The position numbers and the translations under genes were made by a program. A model generated the notes under the pieces. That model made no database searches, was not told the origin of the DNA, and saw nothing but the letters and a program-made list of their open reading frames with translations. From a virus (lineage: Duplodnaviria; Caudoviricetes), in the IMG/VR virus record IMGVR_UViG_3300049141_000046, positions 1-43,807 of that record: 43,807 nt of DNA. The stretch is one strand, 5' to 3'. Positions 9,338-17,418 of this stretch are shown here, one piece after another (positions within the stretch are counted from its first letter, which is position 1; each line of letters begins with the position of its first letter).

Positions 9338-9635
9338 CAGACCTTGACCTTTCTACTGTTGAAGTTGAATGTGGGGGCATGGCAAAGAGGTCCTGGAGGG
9401 GGGCGTTCGTCTTCCGGTGCAGCGCCTCGGCGACGAACCAGGCTGTGGTGAGTTCGCAGCGGTCGCGTGCGCTCTTGCCGCGCGAGGTGAGGCGTCCGAC
9501 GGCGGAGGGGCTGATGCCCTTGCCGGCGGGGTCCACTTCCTTCGTCGCCTCGGCGAGTTCCTCGATGGTGAGGTGGGCTCGCTCCATGGCGTCTCTGAGT
9601 GGCTTGCCTTCGCCCTTGCGGCTGAGTTTCGGCAT
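9315..9635 (-). CDS. Cro-like XRE HTH regulator
   Basis: LTIEELAEAT..GISPSAVGRL; divergent from the repressor. Confidence 0.8.
   Translation of the reverse strand: MPKLSRKGEGKPLRDAMERAHLTIEELAEATKEVDPAGKGISPSAVGRLTSRGKSARDRCELTTAWFVAEALHRKTNAPLQDLFAMPPHSTSTVERSRSDAAANET
9350..9369. promoter_or_regulatory. putative operator, copy inside the cro-like gene
   Basis: TTTCTACTGTTGAAGTTGAA, 19/20 identical to 9691-9710. Confidence 0.65.
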
Positions 9636-9690
9636 GTGATCCCCGTGCCAGGTGGTGTTGGTGTCGCGCCGTCTCTGGTGCGATGTGACA

Positions 9691-9720
9691 TTTCTACAGT
9701 TGAAGTTGAACTCCTGTCAA
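9691..9720 (-). promoter_or_regulatory. early lytic promoter with overlapping operator
   Basis: Minus strand TTGACA-N18-TAGAAA overlapped by TTTCTACAGTTGAAGTTGAA (quasi-palindrome TTCTAC-N7-GTTGAA). Confidence 0.7.
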
Positions 9721-9856
9721 CGAGAACTCCAAGGAAGTTGCTAGAAGTTCTGTGACGGATGCGTGAATCGAATGTTTGTTCTACAGTGGGGTAGTGAACG
9801 GAATATGCCACTGCGCGTGACGGGGAGGTCGCGCGCCGTGTAGCTTTGCGCCACGC

Positions 9857-9904
9857 TTCTACATTCACTTGCTTAAAGTAGAAGCCGCAGTGCACTCTTG
9901 GCCC
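9857..9904 (+). promoter_or_regulatory. repressor promoter (probably leaderless) with operator half-sites
   Basis: TTGCTT-N18-CACTCT-N6-GTG with no SD; TTCTAC-N15-GTAGAA overlaps the -35. Confidence 0.5.
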
Positions 9905-10273
9905 GTGGAGACCGAGGACCACCCCCCAGTCGAGGACTTCGCGCAGGCACTCGCAGCCCTGAAGGACGAATACCAGGTCAGCGACACCGACATCGCGAAG
10001 GCCGTCGGCGTCTCCTCAGCCGCCGTCGGCACCTGGGTTCACCGAAAGCGCAAGCCCCGCCGCGCCGCCGTCGTCGCCCTTGCCAAGGCCTACCCCAAGT
10101 TCACCGAGGCCCGCCTCTTCGCCGCCCTTGGCCGCGAAGCCCCCGGCCCGCTCGACGCCTCCGCCGAGGAGCGCCTCCTCGGCCTCTTCCGTGAACTCAC
10201 CGCGGAACAGCAGGAGATGAAAGAGATCGAGATGCGAGCGCTGGCCGAGCGCAACCGGTCGCAGTTCTCGTGA
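9905..10273 (+). CDS. immunity repressor (XRE HTH)
   Basis: SDTDIAKAVGVSSAAVGTWVHRKRKP HTH; divergent from cro-like gene and upstream of integrase. Confidence 0.85.
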   Translation: METEDHPPVEDFAQALAALKDEYQVSDTDIAKAVGVSSAAVGTWVHRKRKPRRAAVVALAKAYPKFTEARLFAALGREAPGPLDASAEERLLGLFRELTAEQQEMKEIEMRALAERNRSQFS

Positions 10274-10435
10274 GTCTCCGCTAAACGGGTCCGCTCACTC
10301 CACGTGACTCTCTAGCGACAACTTGCTCATCAATGGTCGCGAATTCCACCACTTGGGGGTACGGTCGTGCACACGGCCGATGCCCTCCCCCCTCGGCCGC
10401 AGGGACAAGCTCAACCTGCGATCCGGGGGTCATGC

Positions 10436-10684
10436 ATGTGCGTCCGCATCCGATTTACCGCTCAGCCTGGCCGCTCGATCTACGATGCCGACGCCAAGCT
10501 GATCAACCTCCCGGCCTCCATCCCTGACTCACGCAGGGTGACCGCCGTGCGAGCGGTTCTCGCCGAACTTCACGTCACTCAGCCCGAGTTGGGTGCAGTC
10601 TGCTGGTGTGGGGAGTCCATCTGTCTGCTCCCCCGAGTACCCAAGCAGCGGAGGAGCGAGCAGGTGGTCAAACATGGGGCGTAG
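10436..10684 (+). CDS. small CWC-motif protein between repressor and integrase
   Basis: GGGGG RBS, MCVRIRF..VCWCGE; overlaps the integrase start. Confidence 0.65.
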   Translation: MCVRIRFTAQPGRSIYDADAKLINLPASIPDSRRVTAVRAVLAELHVTQPELGAVCWCGESICLLPRVPKQRRSEQVVKHGA

Positions 10685-11957
10685 GGCCCAGAACAACCCG
10701 CGGCAGATCCGGTCAAAGGTCTGCGGCTGCCAAGAGTGCATGGAGGCGTACCCGCCCGGCGAGACGTACGCGGACCGCCGGCGCCGACGCGACTGCACGG
10801 GACCGTGGCAGGCCCGCTACCGGGACCCCGACGGCAAGCAGAAGTCCAAGAACTTTCCGATCGCCGACGGCGGCAAGCGGGCAGCCGAGGCATTCCTCGA
10901 CGACGTCCGATCCAGGGTCCGCCGCCGCGAGTACGGCGACCCCAAGCGCGGCGAGATCACGGTAGCCGCGTGGTGGGAACTGTGGTGGCCGGCGCAGCCG
11001 CAACGGGCGGTCACGACAAGGAACAGGAAGATCTCCGCATGGCGGGCGCACATCGAACCCAAGTGGGGGAAGTGGCGGCTGTGCGATCTGGAGTACATCG
11101 AGCTGCAACGCTGGCTCACCGGCGAGGTGAAGGGACACCACACCCGGCGCAAGGTGCTGGAGCTCCTCAACCAGATGCTGCGCGACGCAGTCCGGGATGG
11201 GAAGCGGATCCCCTTCAATCCGGCCGCCGAGGCACAGCTGGACGCGCCGCCGAAGCGGGACGCCGAGGACACCCGGCCGCCGACGCGTGCGCAGTGCGCG
11301 CTGATCCGGGAGCAGATGCCGTCCTGGTATCGGCCCATCGTCGTCTTTCTGGAGGAAACCGGCCTGCGGTGGGGTGAAGCCACCGGCCTGCGGTGGGCTC
11401 ACGTGGACCTGGAGGCTAAGCACATCAAGGTGAAGGAAGTGCTCAGCGAGGACCGCGGGACGTTGTTCCGGAAGGCGGCGCCGAAATCAGCGGCCGGCTT
11501 CCGCACCGTTCCGCTGACTCCGCAGGCCATCGAGGCGGTCGAGACGATGGCTGCTCGGTTCCGGCCTGTGGACACGGTCTCCCCTATCGGCGACGGTCGG
11601 GACCTGCACCCGGACGAGCTTGTGTTTCGCGGACCGCTGGGCGGCGCCCTCACCCGGCACAACTTCCGGCGCACGTGGATTCCCGCGATTCAGGCTGCTG
11701 GCCTGGCGAGGAAGGTGCGGAACGAGGAGACCGGCCGGGACGAGTGGTGGCCGCGGGTACACGATTTGCGGCACACGTTCGCGACTCGACTCAAGGATCT
11801 CGGGGTGCCGGAGAAGGACGTGCAGACGGTCATGGGTCACGACCGCGGGTCGAAGGTGACGTGGCTATACCAGCACAGCGCCGAGGATGTGGCGGCCCAG
11901 GTGCTCGCCGCGATGGCCCCGGACGGGCCTCCTGTTCGAGCGCTGAGGGCTGTGTAG
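10674..11957 (+). CDS. int: tyrosine integrase
   Basis: WQARYRDPDG arm-binding domain, TGLRWGE, HDLRH, MGH, LYQH; start MGRRAQ at 10674. Confidence 0.96.
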   Translation: MGRRAQNNPRQIRSKVCGCQECMEAYPPGETYADRRRRRDCTGPWQARYRDPDGKQKSKNFPIADGGKRAAEAFLDDVRSRVRRREYGDPKRGEITVAAWWELWWPAQPQRAVTTRNRKISAWRAHIEPKWGKWRLCDLEYIELQRWLTGEVKGHHTRRKVLELLNQMLRDAVRDGKRIPFNPAAEAQLDAPPKRDAEDTRPPTRAQCALIREQMPSWYRPIVVFLEETGLRWGEATGLRWAHVDLEAKHIKVKEVLSEDRGTLFRKAAPKSAAGFRTVPLTPQAIEAVETMAARFRPVDTVSPIGDGRDLHPDELVFRGPLGGALTRHNFRRTWIPAIQAAGLARKVRNEETGRDEWWPRVHDLRHTFATRLKDLGVPEKDVQTVMGHDRGSKVTWLYQHSAEDVAAQVLAAMAPDGPPVRALRAV

Positions 11958-11963
11958 GGATGA

Positions 11964-11982
11964 GAGTCCACGTGGAGTCCAC
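11964..11982 (+). repeat. integrase arm-type sites (left)
   Basis: GAGTCCAC at 11964 and 11975, 11-bp period. Confidence 0.75.
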
Positions 11983-12095
11983 AACACCCCCATGGAACCT
12001 CTCGTGGGTCCTGGTCGCTTCCTGTTTTTGCTGGTCAGCGAGCGTCTCGGAACTCCTCTGAACTTCACGTAAGTTCGCGTCCCCGATGTACGCTT

Positions 12096-12140
12096 TCTCC
12101 TAAAGCGGGTGTCGCAGGTTCGAATCCTGCCGGGGGCACA
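12096..12140 (+). mobile_element. attP core, 3' half of tRNA-Arg(CCT)
   Basis: CT-CCT-AA anticodon loop, GCAGGTTCGAATCCTGC T-arm and acceptor strand, with no 5' half; flanked by arm repeats and phage genes. Confidence 0.9.
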
Positions 12141-12166
12141 GAGGAACTAGCAGGTAACACAGGGTG

Positions 12167-12203
12167 CGGGCCTCTCGTTCGATTCGAACGAGGGGCCCGT
12201 TTC
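12167..12203 (+). terminator. terminator supplied downstream of the reconstituted tRNA
   Basis: CGGGCCTCTCGTTCG..CGAACGAGGGGCCCG followed by TTT. Confidence 0.7.
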
Positions 12204-12210
12204 GTGATCA

Positions 12211-12229
12211 GAGTCCACTAAGAGTCCAC
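12211..12229 (+). repeat. integrase arm-type sites (right)
   Basis: GAGTCCAC at 12211 and 12222, 11-bp period. Confidence 0.75.
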
Positions 12230-12305
12230 ATCCCCACGGAATCTCCCCTGGTCCTCACCCATACGGGGGACTGGACTATGTTCAAACTGCACGTAGAGTT
12301 CTGCG

Positions 12306-12429
12306 AATGAGAGGGGCAGGTGCGACTCCCCACGCGCGCCTGAGACGTGCCTCTCGTGTCCTGCGGGACCCCGGCGGGGAGGCCGGACCCGCGGGCGAGG
12401 CCCTCACCGGTTATGTCGGTGAGGGCCTC
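12306..12429 (+). ncRNA. candidate structured small RNA (plus strand)
   Basis: TGGACT-N16-TAGAGT upstream; hairpins whose G-U pairs form only on plus; ends at the 12397-12429 hairpin. Confidence 0.4.
12397..12429. terminator. strong hairpin, probable bidirectional terminator
   Basis: GAGGCCCTCACCG / CGGTGAGGGCCTC, perfect 13-bp inverted repeat. Confidence 0.7.
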
Positions 12430-12606
12430 TGTACGTACAACGTAGACCGCCCCGGAGGTACTCACCCCCAGGGCGGGACGCCTTGACTGAGTCTTGGCGT
12501 CTAACGGCCAGATGGTGGAGACGTGTACACCATCCGGCCGCTCCCGTACCGCACGACAACCCCGCCGACAGGGCTGGTGCGGCGTCTACCCTCCTTACCC
12601 GAGGGC
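12397..12606 (-). ncRNA. candidate multi-hairpin ncRNA (minus strand)
   Basis: Four abutting hairpins closed by GTAGA/TCTAC; G-U pairs only on minus; upstream TTGTCT-N17-TTTAAT. Confidence 0.5.
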
Positions 12607-12612
12607 AAGATC

Positions 12613-12641
12613 ATTAAATTTGCCTGGCCAGGCAAAGACAA
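12613..12641 (-). promoter_or_regulatory. promoter with a perfect 18-bp palindromic operator
   Basis: TTTGCCTGGCCAGGCAAA (12619-12636) fills the -35/-10 spacer; divergent XRE gene adjacent. Confidence 0.65.
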
Positions 12642-12669
12642 GAGGTCATGATCACTTCACCGTGGTCGG

Positions 12670-12903
12670 GTGCCACTCGACCCGATGCCCGACTGGGTTC
12701 CCGCCCGACGCCGGGAGATCGGGGAGCGCCTCCGCGCCGCGCGCCACGAGGCCAACCTCACCCAGCTCCAACTGGGGCAGCTCGTCGGCCGGGACCACCG
12801 CACCATCCACCGATGGGAGTACGGAGAACGCGTGCCCAACCTGGACGACTTGCTGCTTCTCGCTCACGCTCTCGACATGCCGCTCGCTGACCTCGTCCGT
12901 TGA
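12670..12903 (+). CDS. small XRE-family HTH regulator
   Basis: IGERLRAAR..LTQLQLGQLVGRDHRTIHRWEYGERVP. Confidence 0.9.
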   Translation: MPLDPMPDWVPARRREIGERLRAARHEANLTQLQLGQLVGRDHRTIHRWEYGERVPNLDDLLLLAHALDMPLADLVR

Positions 12904-13020
12904 GACCCGCCGCCAGTGTGCCAGGGGAGCGCTCCGGCGGCGGGCCCGGCCGCCCCGACGGGGACGGAGCGGCCGCCCTCACCTGCCGCACGCGCCCTCC
13001 CCGGCAGCGCGCGGCAGGGG

Positions 13021-13329
13021 TCACATGAGGCGGGCAACGGCTGCCGGCAGAAACAAATCCCGGGCCCGATGCTCCAGCCACAAGTCGTGCATGCCCTGCT
13101 GCTCGGCCCACTTCGCGAAGTGGTCGCAGCGGGGGCAGCCGTCGTGCGGCTCCGGTATCTCGCTGGGATGCGCGGTGGCGAGGTGGTTGGAGATCAGCAG
13201 CTGGCAGCGGACAGCCCCGTCGTACAGTTCGTGGTCCAGGAGGTATGCCTGCGCGAGGTCGACTAGGAGTTCGGCGCATGGGCGGCAGGACCACATGAAC
13301 GGCGGCGGCACAGGCATGTCAGTGTCCAC
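13021..13329 (-). CDS. Cys/His-rich hypothetical protein
   Basis: CRPC, H..H, CPRC and EHRAR; coupled to the upstream gene. Confidence 0.7.
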   Translation of the reverse strand: MDTDMPVPPPFMWSCRPCAELLVDLAQAYLLDHELYDGAVRCQLLISNHLATAHPSEIPEPHDGCPRCDHFAKWAEQQGMHDLWLEHRARDLFLPAAVARLM

Positions 13330-13705
13330 GCGGACCCCCGTGCTGCGGCAGTTTCTCGTAGTGGTCGCACAGCGCCGTCAGGACACGGGCCAGGCGGCGG
13401 GCGTAGGCGGTGGCCCCGTCATGGCCCGGGCCCGGCGTGGCCCTCAGCTTGCCGCGGGCCTCCCCAACACACGCCAGCGCGCAGCAACGAGGAATGCTGT
13501 CGTTGGCCAGCCGCCCGGTCGCAGCCTCCACCTCAGGGACCAGGAGTTCCAGGTGGCCGCGCAACAAGGACGTCAGCGTTTCCACCTCGGCGGCCGGCGG
13601 CGGCAGCACGTCCGGTGCGTCGTCCGGCCCGAGGATGAGGAGTGCGCTCGCGCGCATCGTGGCGATGTCCACGGGTAGGACCGTCCGGTCACAGTTCGTC
13701 GTCAT
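13319..13705 (-). CDS. DUF6415-like protein
   Basis: PVDIATMR..LRGHLELLVPEVE..GEA..ARRLAR..LCDH. Confidence 0.7.
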   Translation of the reverse strand: MTTNCDRTVLPVDIATMRASALLILGPDDAPDVLPPPAAEVETLTSLLRGHLELLVPEVEAATGRLANDSIPRCCALACVGEARGKLRATPGPGHDGATAYARRLARVLTALCDHYEKLPQHGGPRGH

Positions 13706-14076
13706 GATGGCTGCCCCGCTCCGCTGTCCTCCAGTGCGGCCTTCAAGGCGTGCGGGTCGGTGATCCATCCGTCGTCACCGGGGCAGACCCGCCAGTGTGG
13801 GCCGCGCCCCTCAGTCCGCCGTGCCGGAGGGATGGTCACAGCTGCGCCATCGCCGAGGGCGCGCGTGCCGGCCATGGCCCATCGGGCGGCGGTGCCGACT
13901 GGGGTGAAGAAGTAGAGGGCCGCGCTGAGGGGGTCATCGACGACTGCTCCGCAGCGTGAGCCCAGGATGACGACAGCGGTTGCGCCGACAGTGCGCGGCA
14001 CGCGGATTGCATCCCAATCCAGCCCGGCATCCTCCAAGGTGCAGCCTGCGGCGGAGGGTAAGCGCGTGGTCGGCAT
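13702..14076 (-). CDS. small prim-pol-like protein (conserved in actinomycetes)
   Basis: AG.DWDAIRVP, GAVVDD, LYFF.P.G, HW..CP; AAGGAG RBS before ATG 14076. Confidence 0.6.
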   Translation of the reverse strand: MPTTRLPSAAGCTLEDAGLDWDAIRVPRTVGATAVVILGSRCGAVVDDPLSAALYFFTPVGTAARWAMAGTRALGDGAAVTIPPARRTEGRGPHWRVCPGDDGWITDPHALKAALEDSGAGQPS

Positions 14077-14265
14077 TGTGGCTCCTTGGGCGCCTGGATG
14101 ATCAGGTGCGTACAAGGGTGGTCCTGTATTCGCCGTGAGCCGAGGACTTGCAGAGGTCTTTTCGGTGCCGCAAAGAGGACTTTCGTGCGCTCGTGAGGGT
14201 GGCGGCTAGCCAGACTCAGGGCCTGACGCGACACTGGCGTGAGCACTAGACATGGAGGTGCAGCA

Positions 14266-15492
14266 GTGTCACGCCCCGCAGGGAACACCCGCCTCAAGGC
14301 CGCCCGCCTGGCCGCCGGGTACCCGTCGCAGCAGGCCCTTGCGGACGCCCTCGGGGTCGGTGTCCGGCAGGTCCGCCGGTGGGAATCCGACGCACCGCCG
14401 CAGCCTCAGCCCGAGGTGGCCCAGGCTCTCACACGGCTCCTCGGCCAGGACCTGGAATCCCTCGGATTCACCCCGACCAGCGGCGGCGCGCGCGACCCCG
14501 GCCGGCGGACGGTACTCGCGGCGAGTGCCGCTATCGGTCTGGCCGCGGTGCCGAGTCAGGCCCTCGCCATGCAGCCGTCGACTGCTGCCGATGACTACGC
14601 GGCCGTCACCCGCTCCCATCGCCGTCTGTACTGGTCCGTCGCCCCGGCCACCCTGCACCCTGCGGCGCTCGCGCATGCCACCCTCGGCTGCGCCCTCCTG
14701 CCTGAGGCCGCCGGGCAGACCCGGCTGCGGATCGCGGCGGCCCTTGCGGAGACGTGGCTGCTGGCCGGGAGGATCGAGTTCTTCGACCTACGGGACGCCG
14801 AGCGGGCGCAGGGAACGTGGCTGCGTGCGCTTCAGGCTGCGGGTGAGGCCGACGATGCGCTGCTCGGAAGCGCGATCCTCGCGCACACGGCGTTCATCCC
14901 CGGGTGGGCGGGCGAGCGGGAGACGGCCGTGGAGCGGATGGTGGCCGCGCGAACGTATGCCCGCCGCGGCCCGGCGCCTGCCGGGCTCCTGGCTTGGCTG
15001 GATGCGGTGGAGGCGGAGTGCGAGACCCGGTGCGGGCACGTGCGCACAGCGTTGCACCTGATCGGGCACGCCGAGACGGTACTCGCTACAGGCAACGACC
15101 ACCATCCCGGCCCGGAGTGGCTGGACTGGTTCTCCCCTGTCCGGCTTGCCGCCTTCAAGGGCAATACGCAGCTGAAGGCCGGGCATTTGCCGCAGGCCCG
15201 GTCCACTCTCCTCGGTGTCCTTGACGAGCTTGGCCCGGCCGACGAGAAGCAGGCGACCGTCGTCCTGGGTGACCTGGCTGCTGTCGAGGCTGCGGCCGGT
15301 GACCTCGAGGCGGCGTGCGGGTACGCGGTGCGCGCGCTCGGTCAGTTGGAGCGGACTTGGTACGCGATGGGCATGGACCGGGTGCGGGAGGTGCGGCGCG
15401 CGTTGGCGCCGCACCAGCACGAGCGGTGTGTGCGGGAGCTGGATGACCGGCTGTACGGGTGGTCGACGACGGTCAGTGCGCTCGCTCGTTGA
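14266..15492 (+). CDS. XRE HTH plus TPR-like helical-repeat regulator
   Basis: GGAGG RBS then GTG; SQQALADALGVGVRQVRRWES HTH followed by Ala/Leu-rich helical repeats. Confidence 0.85.
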   Translation: MSRPAGNTRLKAARLAAGYPSQQALADALGVGVRQVRRWESDAPPQPQPEVAQALTRLLGQDLESLGFTPTSGGARDPGRRTVLAASAAIGLAAVPSQALAMQPSTAADDYAAVTRSHRRLYWSVAPATLHPAALAHATLGCALLPEAAGQTRLRIAAALAETWLLAGRIEFFDLRDAERAQGTWLRALQAAGEADDALLGSAILAHTAFIPGWAGERETAVERMVAARTYARRGPAPAGLLAWLDAVEAECETRCGHVRTALHLIGHAETVLATGNDHHPGPEWLDWFSPVRLAAFKGNTQLKAGHLPQARSTLLGVLDELGPADEKQATVVLGDLAAVEAAAGDLEAACGYAVRALGQLERTWYAMGMDRVREVRRALAPHQHERCVRELDDRLYGWSTTVSALAR

Positions 15493-16135
15493 ACTGGCGG
15501 ATCGCAGCGGACAGTTCGAGGAGGCTCTCCACTCGGAAGGTGGGGAGCTTCTCCGCTTCCTCGGTCCGCCACTGAATCGTCGCCCACGGGCCGCGGTGCA
15601 CGAGCGCGGTGTTCATCCCCGCAGCGACGGCTGGCCGCAGGTCGTTGTCCACGCGGTCGCCGACGTAGAGGATCTCGTCGTTGGCGAACGGGGTGACCTC
15701 GGCGACCCGCTCGAAGAAGAGCGCGTCCGGCTTGCTCGCCCCCCAGTCGTCCGAGGTGCCGATCAGGTCCACGTCGCCCGTGAACAGCTCACGCAAGAGT
15801 CCCCCGGCGCGGACCGTCTGGTTGCCCGCGATCCCCAGCCACAGGCCATCCGTCCGCAGCTGGTGCAGGGCCGGGCGTACGTCGGCGTACAGGTCGTCCT
15901 CGCCGAACCATTCGGGCTGACCGGCGGCGGCCCGCTTGTCCCGCTCGGCGTACAGGTCGAAGCCGGGCCGGAACTCTTGGAACACCTCGCGGTAGTCGCG
16001 TCCTTGGGCGATGACGGCGCCGAACATGGCGTGGAAGGTGTGGCGGGGGACGCCGAGCCAGTCGGCCCAGGTGCCGTACTCGCGGGTCTCGTCTACGAGG
16101 CATTCGCCTACGTCGAAGATCACTGCTCGAATCAT
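15473..16135 (-). CDS. HAD-superfamily hydrolase
   Basis: VIFDVGECL, AGN, SKP and YVGDRVDND motifs; start MIRAV at 16135. Confidence 0.9.
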   Translation of the reverse strand: MIRAVIFDVGECLVDETREYGTWADWLGVPRHTFHAMFGAVIAQGRDYREVFQEFRPGFDLYAERDKRAAAGQPEWFGEDDLYADVRPALHQLRTDGLWLGIAGNQTVRAGGLLRELFTGDVDLIGTSDDWGASKPDALFFERVAEVTPFANDEILYVGDRVDNDLRPAVAAGMNTALVHRGPWATIQWRTEEAEKLPTFRVESLLELSAAIRQFNERAH

Positions 16136-16223
16136 GCGGGCAGGGTATCGGGCAGCAACTCGCGTGAGAGATTCGCGGGCACCGCCATGAGTTTGCGGGG
16201 CCCTGCCCCGATATCCTGGGGGC

Positions 16224-16403
16224 ATGTCCCCCGACCCCCAGACTCCTGGTTCCGTGCGCTCGGTGGCCGACATCAACGCCGACATCCGAGCCCTGTGGCA
16301 GCGCGCCGGCGGAGTCCTCACACCCGGCCAGCGCGAGGAGTACAAGCAGCTGCTCACCGAGTACGCGGCCGCCGTCACCCGGCGCATCGTCAAAGCCGCC
16401 TGA
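16224..16403 (+). CDS. 59-aa hypothetical protein (absent from the ORF track)
   Basis: MSPDPQTPGSVRSVADINADIRALW..YKQLLTEYAAAV..KAA; strong GC3 bias; TATCCT 6 nt upstream (leaderless). Confidence 0.75.
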   Translation: MSPDPQTPGSVRSVADINADIRALWQRAGGVLTPGQREEYKQLLTEYAAAVTRRIVKAA

Positions 16404-16421
16404 CCCCGGACACGACGAAAC

Positions 16422-16451
16422 GCCCCCCGCCACCCGAAGGCAGCGGGGGCC
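16422..16451. terminator. hairpin between convergent genes
   Basis: GCCCCCCGC..GCGGGGGC where the late operon meets the 59-aa gene. Confidence 0.5.
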
Positions 16452-16454
16452 ATC

Positions 16455-16781
16455 TCACACTCCAGTTCGGTCGCGGCTCTCCCGTTGAACCCTCAACAAG
16501 ATGCGGATCCGCTGCACCATCAGCACGCTGACCGCCACCGCCAAGACCGATCGCACCCCGCGCATCACAGTGGCGAAGCAGCCATCAGGCCAGACGCTCA
16601 CCAAGACCGTGTACAGGAACAGCAGCCCGATCGCTGCGGGCAGGCCCATCTGGTTGCGCCCGAGGTCGGTCCGCCACCACGTGATCCGCAGGTGGTAGAT
16701 CACCACGAACGCAGCGCAGACCAGTGCGGCCAACGCCGACCCGGCCACGTTGATCCACTGATCGACGCCCATCTCGTTCAT
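16455..16781 (-). CDS. putative holin / membrane protein (3 TM)
   Basis: Three hydrophobic helices, WWRT.LGR loop, basic C-terminus. Confidence 0.7.
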   Translation of the reverse strand: MNEMGVDQWINVAGSALAALVCAAFVVIYHLRITWWRTDLGRNQMGLPAAIGLLFLYTVLVSVWPDGCFATVMRGVRSVLAVAVSVLMVQRIRILLRVQRESRDRTGV

Positions 16782-16990
16782 CGCGCCGCTCCCCTGAACA
16801 ACTCTTCGATCTTCTCCCGGAAGTGGTTCTCTGTCCTCGCCTGGCGCAACGTGGCGACGACCGCCTCCACGATCGGCTGACGGGCCTCGGCCTGCTTACG
16901 TACCTGCTGTGCGTGCGCGAGGGCGACCTCAGAGTCGCTCGGCTGGTCACTGTCACATCCGCGTACGAGGCGTCGGATCCATGCGATCAC
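16778..16990 (-). CDS. small lysis-module protein
   Basis: GTG start MIAWIRR after GGAGG; ..ENHFREKIE.. end; coupled. Confidence 0.65.
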   Translation of the reverse strand: MIAWIRRLVRGCDSDQPSDSEVALAHAQQVRKQAEARQPIVEAVVATLRQARTENHFREKIEELFRGAAR

Positions 16991-17273
16991 CGCCCGCCAC
17001 CTCCTCCTCTCCCGTCTGCCCCGGTGTGGGCAGGGCGGTGAGGATGTGCCCGCCCAGGCGTGCCATCTCCAGGAGTTCGCCGGTCTGTTGGTGCTCGACC
17101 GTTCGGGCCTTCTCCGATTCCAGGTAGGCCTGCCGCCAGTTGTCCCGGTCGGCGAGGACGTCCTCATGCGTGCGTCTGGGGATGAGGCGGCCGGTGAGGA
17201 TGAGGAGGACGACGAGCGTGAGGAGGACGACCGCCCCTGCGTCGGTGGGGTTGATGCCGAAGACCTCGCTCAC
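16953..17273 (-). CDS. membrane protein with TM and coiled coil (lysis module)
   Basis: VVLLTLVVLLILTGRLIPR..RDNWR; GGGAGG RBS. Confidence 0.7.
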   Translation of the reverse strand: MSEVFGINPTDAGAVVLLTLVVLLILTGRLIPRRTHEDVLADRDNWRQAYLESEKARTVEHQQTGELLEMARLGGHILTALPTPGQTGEEEVAGGDRMDPTPRTRM

Positions 17274-17418
17274 CGTGCCCTCCCATCAAGCGCCTCCCGT
17301 GTATCCACTGTCGGCAGTTTGGCACCCGAACACAGGTGTGGCGTTCCGGCGACTCTCGTCACGACCGCAACATGCATAATGAATTTCAGCCGGTCACCTA
17401 AATGAATGAGAGGCCGTC

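Noticed and set aside
12060-12140. Complete tRNA-Arg gene
   Set aside because: No D-arm or 5' acceptor strand upstream of the anticodon loop; this is an att core only.
12278-12486. Small plus-strand ORFs (MFKLHVEFCE at 12278-12310; 59 codons at 12307-12486)
   Set aside because: The first overlaps the predicted promoter; the second has weak GC3 bias and runs through a terminator hairpin. Not fully excluded.
12306-12606. Hammerhead or HDV-like ribozyme near the tRNA fragment
   Set aside because: CTGAGA and CTCCCC loops are present, but I could not build the GAAA core or a nested double pseudoknot by eye.
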